From contig OZ059896.1 of the NCBI GenBank assembly GCA_964057225.1, positions 14,260,001 through 14,324,000 of the forward strand: a DNA stretch of 64,000 nucleotides, in the 5' to 3' direction. Each line of letters starts with the position of its first letter. Positions within the stretch are counted from its first letter, which is position 1. Made by a program: the position numbers and the translations under genes. This DNA is from Auanema rhodensis (Eukaryota; Animalia; Nematoda). The notes under the pieces were generated by a model, which worked only from the letters and a program-made list of their open reading frames with translations, was not told where the DNA came from and did no database searches. This document shows positions 53,401 to 64,000 of this stretch, piece by piece.

Positions 53401-56400
53401 TTCTAGCTCAAAATCCATCAACATTTTTACTAAAAATGATGCTGTTGATATGCTATGAGAGGAATAATGCAATATATTAGATGATAGAAGAAGAAGAAGA
53501 AGACTGAGTCCATAAGACCGACACGACTCCATCTCTACTGCTATGCTTCATCCGTTGATCACTTTTCCAAATAAATAAATGTGGAATGTGGTTAGTTGGT
53601 TAGGGCAAAGGAAACAGATAGGAACCGTGAGATAGAGAAAGAAAGATAGAGAGTGAGAATGAGGGAATATTGTTGGGGGGAAGAATAACCTGCATTTTCA
53701 TCATCTCCCGTCCATGTTGAACCTGTCATCGCCGTTATTTATGTGAATAAGAAAAAAGAATTATATTTAACATGTTACATATTTAAATTTTGTTTTAATA
53801 GCATTAATATATATATATATATATATATATATTGAAACTAGATGATGACTATAGATTAGAGTCTTACAAGTGGTCATAACATCAGCAAATCCTGTTCACA
53901 TTCGTCAATTCTTTTTCACATAATGTCACAATGTTTCCAAAAGATAAAAACGAAATTAAAATAGAGAGAGAGCGCGAAACAGAAAGAGAGGGAGACAAGT
54001 CCAGGACACTTCTTGGAAATCAGATGAAAATATGCGGCTTTGAGGTGTCGACTATGATTTTTATTTCAGAAGCAAACTGAAAATGGATATGGCCAATCGT
54101 TCTCATTGGTTTTGTCCGGTCCAAGAAATTCTCGAGCTACTGTAGATATACAAGTCGTAGATGTTAATGATAATGCTCCAGAATTTGTGAATACACCCTC
54201 AACAGTGACCATTCCGGAGGTTTCCATTCTCATATGAATCATCTATATATGGTATGGATTTCAGAATTTGGAAGAGGGATCTGTAATTGCCAAGATCCGA
54301 ACACGAGATGTTGACACTGGAGTCGGAGGATTAGCTCGATATTCCATAAACGTATTGAAAACTTTTATACAATATATTATAACTTGAATTTTAGAATGAT
54401 CAATTCTATTTGGACAAGAGAAAATGTGGAAATGGAGAATGTTGGACAACTCTCAAATTGAAAAAAGGCTTAGATTATGAGAAGTAAACTTTAAAAATGA
54501 GGGTTCAATGAAAGCAACTTCAATTTCCAGATTATCATCTCATCATGTAACTATTGTGGCAGAAGATGGTGACCCACATATGAAAACAACGAATAAAGCT
54601 GAACATGAGTTAACTATTCATGTTTCGGATGTTCAAGAGTAAGTTGCAACATTACATATGTATATAACACTTTAATATCATTTTCTATTCCTCCGAACCC
54701 AATTAAGCTTCAACAAAGCTTTTTTGTATTAAATCGAGTTCAACCGGTTTTGATGAGAAATTAATTTTTCTTATGCAACAACTACTTATTAGCATTTTGT
54801 TTGCCATTAAACTATTTTTTTGAATAAAACCAAACAAATTTTTTCATATTTTGTCTTTCAAACTATTTTTTTATTTTCTTAAGTTCACCACCAAAATGGA
54901 TAACCGATTTTACAAAGCCGATTGTTGTTGATCAGTCCATGAAAGTCGGGGATGAGATTACAAAACTGAAGGCAATTGATGGAGATGAGCATGTGGATAA
55001 GAAAAATAACATAAGGTTTTAACGATGAAAATTTAATTTTTACATCAAAATACAAATTATTTTTAGATATTCGGTTGAAACAAATGCTTATATTACGGTG
55101 GATGCTACAACTGGATCTGTTGTACTTAAGAAAATTCCTCAATCAAACTCTGATATCAGAGTAGCTGTAACAGTAAGTCAAAAACAAATGCTCTTCTAAG
55201 TTTCTTCTTTCAAGGCTAAGGAAGATGATTCTGAAGGAATGACTGTTAAAGCTGACTTGAGAATCAAAACTGTAACAGCTATTGCAGAAACTGAAGAAGA
55301 AAATGTAACTTTCGATTTTTTTTTGAAGTTTCATACTGTTTTCGCATTTCTAGGGACCAATTGATTTTTGCTCATCTGAGTTGAGTACAGCCAAAGTAAC
55401 CGAAGGATCTAAATACTTTGAAGAACCTTTCTATGTTACATTCACACAGCCAGTGGTTAGATTCTATTCAAATACTTTCAAAAATTAGTTTTTCATGTGT
55501 TTAGACTTCTGGAATTCTATCGATTGATGGCTATAACAACATCTTCAGCATTGCTCCAAACCAAACAAATCCTAAATCTGTTGAGATTGTCATAACAAAT
55601 CCTGAACTAATTGATTATGAAGTTGATCAAAACTTCATTTTTTACGTAAACTATTCAAAATACAGAGGTACATCTCTAGTTTTCTGGTTATAGATCAAAT
55701 CACCCTTTGGAAGATGTAAGATATCTGTAGATGTTTTGGATATTAATGATAATAGTCCCAAATTTACTGATGATACCTTCTTGTTTTACGTCACTGAAAA
55801 CGAAGAACCTACGGTTTTGGGACAAGTTGAGGTAAAAAACGATTAATGTGTTCGAAAATGGAAAATTTAATTCAAATATTGTAGGCGAAAGATGCAGATT
55901 CGGATAAATATCTACCTATAACCTATTCTATCTTGGGTAATAACTCAGATTTGTTTGCTATAAACGAAAAGGGACAACTACGATCACTTGTTCCTATTGA
56001 TAGAGAGAAGAATGAGAAATTTGAATTCACTGTTAGAGCAACTGATGCTGGAGGTTTGAATTTTGAATTGTTTGAACTGCATGCAAATAATAAGCTAATT
56101 TGAAGGAAAAGCAACAGATTGTCCAGTGAAGATTGTTGTTCGGGATGTAAATGATAATGCTCCATCATTTGCAAAAGAAAGCTATAGAATTGAAGTTGAT
56201 GAGGAGAAGAGCATGAAAACGAAAATTATGGTTAGCAATTTATGACGTCATCGTCTCATATATCTTTAATTCTTGTAGGCTTCTGATGCAGATCTTGGTG
56301 AAAATGGGGAAATCGTGTATTCAATTGATAATTTACCTGAAGGAATACCAATTGATTTCTCATCAGGAATCCTTTTTGTTGGGAAAATTGATCGGTTTGA

Positions 56401-59400
56401 TTCTTCTGTTTACGTAATTCTGAAGATTTTTGAACTATTCAGGGATACTATGGATTCAGATGAAATTAATATTACAATTAGAGCAACTGACAAGGGATCC
56501 CCACCATTATCATCAACAGCTAATTTGACACTTTTTGTAAATGTAATGCAAGCCTATTCAACATTATTATAAACTTTTTAAAAAATCTTTAGGATTTAAA
56601 CGACAACTATCCTGTTTTTACAAATTCACGTTATTCTATTGTTCTTGATGCAAATATCAGCCCAGGAGGAGTATGTTTTGCCTTTATTTCTCGTTTTGTT
56701 TCACAGAAAACTTAAATTTTAGGTAATTGGTGGTGTAAAAGCTGAAGATGGGGATGCTACTTCTCCAAATAATTATATAAACTATAAGACGTCAGATTCC
56801 AATTTCAAGGTTACCAGTAACGGTGAAATTGTTTATACTGGAGAAGGTTTACTACGAAAGGTTTTTTGGATTTCTTGTAAACTTAAAAACAAATTATAAA
56901 TTGTGTACAGGACTCATCCATGGAATTCATGGTGATAGCTGAAGACGGAGGTACTCCATCCAAAAATGCAACAAGTAAAGTCATTATAAATGAACATAAA
57001 GCTGCAATGCAAAGTGAATTAACAACAGAATTAATGGGAAATGAAAGTGTTAAAAGGTTTTTCAAAGATTTCATTGCTTTTTTCTCTAATATCTACTATC
57101 TTTAGAACTGAAATAAAATGGGCAAATTCTCACATGTCAGGCTACACATATGAGATAATTCGGGCAACAGCTGATGGTTTCAAAGTGAGTTTCATAATGG
57201 AAAATCAAAATTTTCAATAAAACAAAAAATATAAAACTTAATTCATGCTTTTGGATCATATTTTGAAAATGCAAAAACGTTTGCTCCATGGCAGGATCGA
57301 ACTGCCGACCTTGGCATATCTCATGACTATAAGTACCACGCGCTAACCAACTGCGCCAATGGAGCTCCGGTCATACTTTGTTAAAAATGCAATACGTGTT
57401 CGAGTCATGCAGAGGCAAAATGAAATAATATGAAAAACATGTCAACAGTTTCATTGTTTTTGTTCTAGGACGATGAAGTAAAAAAATGGTTGGAAATCGA
57501 CAAAAGTTCTGGAATTATACACACGATAACGCCATTGACGCCTGATGTTGTAAAGCAAATACGTTTGTATATCAGCATGACTAAGGGAAAACGAGAAGTT
57601 CCGGGTTAGTTTTATCTAATATTCATAAAATTGAAAAACCTTGTTCTTATGTGAGAAAACAGAAACAAATTAAAAACAAAAACAAAGAAATTTTTACAAA
57701 CTTTCAGTTGAATTGATCATTAACATCGTTGACAATGATGCTCCACCATCTTTCAAAAAAGATATTTATCGAGGAAAAATCGCAGAGAATACAAGTATAG
57801 ATTCTCCAGTTCTTCAAGTGAAAGCCAGTGGTGATAGTGACAACCAGTATCAGTACGTTTTTATAATTTACGAATGATGAAACAAAAAACTTTCATTTTT
57901 GTTTTCATGCCTGAATGCTTGTGCTAGTGCTGCTTTCCCAAGTCCGAATAGCTTGTCCATTTGCTTTACTTGCTTCAGATATACTTTGACAATCCAGCAT
58001 GGACCCCAAGGATATCTCATAATTGATAAAAATGGATGGATTATCACCAAACGTCAAATGGATTTCGAACGTTTTGAACGAATCAGTGGAATTGTTACAG
58101 TTGTAGATGAACTTGGAAATTCTGCAAGCACTAACTTTTCTTTGCAAATTACTGACATTAACGATAACAGGTGCTTTTAGCCTTTACTCACACTACTCTT
58201 CTAACAATGCTTGTTATGTCTACTTTCTTCTATTCAAATTATAATTTTTTTCTCAATAAATACAATTTATAGACCAATTTTCAAAAATGGATCAGTCTTT
58301 ACTGTAAATTTGCCGGAAACTTTCAAAGTTGGCGCTGTCATTCCATTGCCATATCCATTAGCTACTGATGCTGATAGTGGAGCAAATGGCAAACTTAAGT
58401 TCTCATTATTAGGTGGTGATGGTCATTTTGAGATAAACTCAACGTATGTTATAAGATCATGACTAAGGGATTCAGAAAATATCTTTTTAGAACATCAGAG
58501 ATTAAGCTGGTGAGTGAGTTGGACTATGAAAACCAAAGAGCTCACTCCCTCACACTTCGCTGTATTGATAATCCGCAGGGTCAACCATCTAATGAAGTTT
58601 TTGCCTCTGTATGCTTTGTGTCTAAAGAAGTATCTTATCTAAATTCTAAATTTAAGGTTACTGTTGTAATTGATGATGTTAATGATAACAAGCCTGTTCT
58701 TCATAACTCTGATCTTTTGCATTTATCAGTATCAGAAGATGCTTTTCCATCCACTATAATAACTGTTTTATCAGCTACAGACGCTGATGAAGGTAAACAA
58801 TCAAATTAAAAAAACTTTTAACAAGACCTAATATTGAAGGGGGTCGACAACGAGTTACTCTTGATGCCAATCATACTCTTTTCCGCGTTGATGATGAAAA
58901 TCGGTTGATTGTGGCTACTGAATTGAAAGGATTTGCTGGAGAACGAGTTAGTTCAGCATAATCATACTCTGCATCATCATAGTTTCTCACTCAATCGTTA
59001 TTTTCAGATATGTTCTTCAATTATCGCTAAAGATTCTGGATCTCCACCTCAAACCATGATGTATCCATATTGCGTCACAGTTTACCCAGCCATTAATAAT
59101 CATCACAATCCTTTAATAGGTGAGGTTTTTCAGATAATCATATCTCATTTGTTTTTCAGTTTTTCCAAAACCCAATTCAATTCACTATTTCGATGAGAAT
59201 GTTAAATATGAAGAGTTATTGAAGATGAAACTTCTAGATGAAGGTGATCTTCATAACATCTCATATCGTTTTGATACTTCATTCAAAAAGGTTGGTTGTG
59301 TTGTTCAATATTAAACTTGAAGTTATTATTATTGTTTTTTAGGATTGGGAACATTTCAACCTCAATAGTTCAGGATCTCTGTTATCCAAAGAAACTTTCG

Positions 59401-61175
59401 ATTTTGAAAAGAAGAATGTTTACGAGCTGAAAGTTTTAGCCTGTCGTTCGGCTAACTGTTCATCCGTTCATATATTTATTTCTGTTAACGATAGGAATGA
59501 TAACTGCCCCATATTCCCAAAACAGGTAAATCAGTCAAACTTAGAAGGTTGCAGCTGATCAAATCGTTTCAGGATGTACGTCTTAGTTTGGTTGAAAACG
59601 ATAAATCACCTTTACCTCGTCAAGTTGGTCGTATTCCTGCAGCATTAGATGCAGATTTTCACTCAGATAACACAAAGGTTTGTATTTAGGATTGTTTTTG
59701 TGCAAATCAAACGACTTTTTCCTTAATAAAGTAAGTCATTTTAGGTTTGCTATACTACGGAATCACCCCTGTTCTTCTTTGCTGATCCGACTTTACCAAT
59801 CTTATATACAAACGTAAGCTTTGATAGAGAACAGCATAAACAACATCAAATTACTGTAAGTGTTCATGTTTACCAACGAAAATGTAAAAATGGTTTGTTT
59901 AGATTGTTTCCTTTGATTGCTTATTGTCTTGTCGGGATCCTCATAAGCCCATGAACAGCACTATTACGGGAATTATTGAAGTTTTGGATAAAAACGACAA
60001 CATTCCACGATTTAGCGAAAGAACTTATACAGCTACTGTAATTCAAGTAAGACACATAGAGAAAATCTTATACTAAAACACATTTTTTGTTATTTTAGGG
60101 ACAGGTATCTGCAGGAAGCCATCTACTTACATTGTCTGCTACTGATCTGGATGTTGAACCTGATGGCTTGCGCTATTCCATACAAGGTCCTGTTCGTACA
60201 GGCATGGAATCCTATCTTCATCATGACTCTCCAATAGCTGTTGATTCAAGTACTGGAGAAGTATCAGCCAATGATATTCTAAGAGAACCCTTGTATACCT
60301 TCACGGCAGCTGTAATTGATGGTGCTGGTCATGAAGATACTGCTATTGTAACTGTAAGAAATATCAAACAGATACATACACTCCTTTGAATTTCAGGTTT
60401 ATGTTGTCACGTACGAGCAACAAGCTGAACTTCTTTTTGATGCTCCATTTGATCTGATTATCCATAATGAGAAAAATATTATTAAGTATGAACTCCAAAT
60501 TCTTTCTAAATTTAATTAACATATTCAGGCTATTATCAGAAGTTACAGCTTTAACAGCTGTAGTTGATCGTTGTCGCCAAAATTCGAATTTCACTCTTGT
60601 TCTAGCTCATTTCTTGCAAAAAGATGGAACATTCGCGAATGTAGACAACATTATCAAGTGAGAAAATTAGAAAAAATATCTTAATATCCTACGCCTTCAG
60701 TATTATAACAACTTCCAACTCGTCTGCTAAACGCGAACTTCGAAATTCATATGGTCTTCGAGAAGCTGTCGCATCTCCACAAACCTTTATTCCCTTAAAC
60801 ACAACTACAATTTCTGTGAGTTTCACAACTCTCTCCTATCATAATTTCAAAAACTTTTTTTCAGATTGGTGTAGCTGCTACATTATGCATGCTTCTCCTT
60901 CTCTGTATTTGTTGTTGGTGTCGATCTCGCAATGACTACTCGAATAAACTTCATCAAATTTCGGTACACGCAGCTGCAGTTCATCATCATCAAGCGACAC
61001 TGGGTCGAGGGAATCCGTAAGTCCAAGAGTAATCAATGCTTGAAACTGTGTAATACTTTATAGAAAGCGACCTCCTACCTACTACATTGACGGTGTTGTT
61101 CCGATTATAGCCGCCAATGGTACTACAGGTAGAATGGTTCCTCCTCCGCCTCCTTTGCAATCAACAGAATTATAA
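50487..61175 (+). CDS. Non-classical cadherin (PCDH15/CDH23/Cad99C-like): many EC repeats, TM segment, short tail ending STEL
   Basis: Signal peptide exon at 50487 and repeated DVNDNAP/DINDNSP, LDYE/IDRE and AxDxD motifs. TM segment IGVAATLCMLLLLCICCWC; C-terminus PPPPPLQSTEL*. Second intron is 3.1 kb (50923-54069). Confidence 0.93.
53807..53831. repeat. (TA)n microsatellite
   Basis: TA run inside the large cadherin intron. Confidence 0.85.
57282..57365 (-). tRNA. tRNA-Ile(UAU) with 10-nt intron (57318-57327)
   Basis: GCTCCAT/ATGGAGC acceptor stem, A box TGGCGCAGTTGG, anticodon arm GGTACTTATA-[GTCATGAGAT]-ATGCC, B box GTTCGATCC and a downstream T5 terminator. Lies antisense in a cadherin intron. 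Confidence 0.96.
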
Positions 61176-61595
61176 GAAATTGATATTTTGTTCTCAAAAT
61201 CGGTGCTTCATAAAGAATGGTTTATCATCGTTAATTGGAAAAATTTATATTATTATTGATATTCAATATAGTTAGTTATGTACGTTCTTCGTTATTATGT
61301 GCTTGTGCTCAGAAATTCTAGTCTTTCAATTTTGTTTCTGCTCACCTTATTTTCATTCCCTCAAATGTTTCAAACTCAAATACAGGTTTTTATAATGTTT
61401 AAAAAGTTCATTTATGTAGAATAAATGTTATTTTGTATGAAAAGTTATATTTCAATTTGTCTGATAAACGAACCGAAAAGTATCAATAACATTAGATCAG
61501 ATATTTACAATGATTTTTCAATCACAGAACAACATACCGCATTATACAAATAAAGGAAATTCATAATTGGCATTTGAATTCTTTCCATATAATTA

Positions 61596-63977
61596 TTAAT
61601 CAAAAAGAAACTTTGGCCTTCTAGAAGAAGCTTTATTTCTTCTTGGAGAATCTTTTGTAGGCCATTCCGTACGCACTTGTACAGATAACGACGCGATTTT
61701 TCTCATAAAATGACGCGTAATTGGATATTTCTCCAATCTTATTGGTTCCAATTGATTTAAGGCTAAGAATAAATCATTATCACACTGAAATATGTTGATT
61801 TTATAACATAAGAAGCCTAAAAGTTTCAAACCTTTGTTGGCTCTTCCAATATAAAGATAGGGGGTGGGGAAGAGGGGGGAGTTATAAAGCGATCTTCCTC
61901 GCTTAAACGGAAATTCCTAAAAAAGATAAAGTCAATAAGTTATCTACATTATGTCAGATCGAACCGAGTTTGCAGGGGTAAAGGGGAATTTAGTGTTAAC
62001 TTAGCGAAATCATCTGATACCCCATCCAAGGAATCATTAAAATATTCAAGGGCATCTTCAAAATAACTATCAGAATCATCATCTTCGTCTTCATCTGTAA
62101 ATTCATTATATTCAATGTATTCTTTGCAAACAATGCGTACCGCTCACAGATCCAAATGATAATCTACGGTTAACGCTTTCTTCTTTGTGTTCAGTGGACT
62201 CCGAGGCGGTCAATCGTTTTCCTCGGAAAAAATCTTCGATTTCATCCAAACTCTAAGAAAAATATAAAATTGATGAATAAATACCATAAGTTATACCGAA
62301 TTATCTTCCAAATTCAAAAGGCGATTACCAACGAAAAACCAAGATTCATTCCAGGGCACATTAGACTCCTTTGCTAGTTGTCGTCCTATTCTCTCATGTC
62401 CCTAAAGAATATTTTGAATGTCGCTGTGCTATTTTCTAATGTAAATGGTAACTTTAGATTTATTTTTTTCACAAGCGAAAAAGAGAAACGATTGTATATA
62501 GAAAGCAAAATATACTTTTTCTCCATCACTAAGTTTAATTTCTTTAATTTCTTTCTTGGGTGCTGTCCATTTTTTATAAAACATATCAGCATCAGACTGG
62601 GAGATAAATGGTCCTGCACATGCTGCTAAGTTGAACTTATTCTTGTCTGGAGACGAATTAATACCAGACCTATAAAAAGTTATTAACAACACGAAGAGAA
62701 TACGTAATTACCGTGAATCACAGATCGTTAGTTTCGGAAATTCATCAACTGGGAAAATTTTGGCAGATGTAGCGTCTAGGGCATTTCTGTATAAAGCTAC
62801 AAACCAGCCTTTTAAGAGTAATTCAATCTCTTTCTGAAAATTCTCTATATGCAACTTTAAAATGAAATTAAAGCAACCTTTACAATAGCAACATCCTCAT
62901 TTTTATATCGTTCGCATATCACATCGGCTGGCAACTTACTTTGGCTGAAAAATATAAATTAAAATATAATTTTTTTTTATTAATTCACATACTTGTTTTT
63001 TAAAACTTTTTCTATTAAATGCTGTGATAACAAAACTCTTACAACATCTCGATGACCAAATTTAGCGGCCATGTGAAGTGGTGTCTCACAGCTTCCCTAT
63101 AATGAAGTAAAAACATAATAACGGAACTTATAGATTACTACACACCTTATCGGGAGTATTAAGATATGAACGTAAAATATTTTCTCTTCTGAATAAAACG
63201 TCATCCTTAGATGTACCATAGCACTTTAAATAATAATCCACATCTGTAAACCAAACAAATATCAAATACAATACAAGAGAAATAAATTTCAAACCATTCA
63301 AACGTTTAAATAGTTCAGTTATTATTTTAATTTTTCCAGATTTTGCGGCAATATGTAAAATATTGAAACGGAATCCTTCCTTAAATTTAAAAATTATACC
63401 AAGAACACAATTATGGACAAATTTAAAAGTACCATTATTATAGTAGCCGTGTCACCACTAGTATTTATAAGATATCGCGGATTGGAATCAATTAGAGCAC
63501 TAAATTACCGATTCAAAGATAACAAGAAAAACGAAGGGTACTAACCAAAACTGTTCTACCTCATTTTTCTCAACATGCTTCTTCATAACAGTTTTCTTAT
63601 ATGGATCTACGGAAGGAAATAAATTACCAGGTTCGGAAGCAGAAACTGTTTCTTCCCTGAACATCGATTGTTACAAAAGTTTACATTTAAATTTAGCCCA
63701 CCTAACTACCATCGGTGAAACACACGCATCACCAGAAGCTAAAAAATTAAGAGCGTCCTGAGAAGATGAAAATCTCTTAAATCGAGCACCTGAAACATAA
63801 AAACTGTGAAAGAAATTCACTAATCTCCAAACCATTGCTTTTAGCTTCTGGTGAAGTTACAAATTTTGTAGCTTCTTTTACACTTAAGAAAACTTCTTTG
63901 GGAGAATTCGGAAAGTTGTTTTCGTAATATACAGCAAATACAGGACTTCGACAGTCGTTATCGGGAGTTTTTGTCAT
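61596..63977 (-). CDS. lem-4: ANKLE2/LEM-4 (ankyrin-repeat nuclear-envelope reassembly factor); may extend beyond the window end
   Basis: [92 protein letters not shown]. Confidence 0.93.
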
Positions 63978-64000
63978 GCTGAAACCAGTATTCTGTTACA

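Overview
This is AT-rich, gene-dense genomic DNA from a rhabditid (clade V) nematode with a compact genome. That assignment is inferred from ~40-50 nt introns, trans-splice-like acceptors just before start codons, operon-like spacing and C. elegans-like proteins; the species cannot be determined from the sequence. In order, the window holds a ~7.9 kb mostly non-coding stretch, a divergent SELENBP1-family gene (+), and a divergent gamma-tubulin complex protein downstream of mitochondrial EF-G2 (-). Next come rpt-3 (+) and a minus-strand cluster: an ALLO-1-like coiled-coil/LIR gene, threonine aldolase, an unresolved orphan gene and a C2H2 zinc-finger gene. GPKOW and a secreted Cys-rich gene follow (+). 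A NDUFAF2-bca-2-ATP12 cluster (-) carries an antisense microprotein gene nested in an ATP12 intron and sits head-to-head with the uaf-2-cyn-13-sfa-1 splicing-factor cluster (+). The last part holds two transthyretin-like genes flanking an srsx GPCR (-), a PCDH15/Cad99C-like cadherin (+) with an intronic tRNA-Ile(UAU), and lem-4/ANKLE2 (-). The most interesting signals concern splicing: AAG acceptors (and at least one GAG) are very frequent, and sfa-1 contains an apparent autoregulatory cassette (AG|GT recursive site, 9-nt stop microexon, hairpin at the acceptor, then a long GC-AG intron). All gene models were assembled by eye, so exon boundaries and some termini are approximate.
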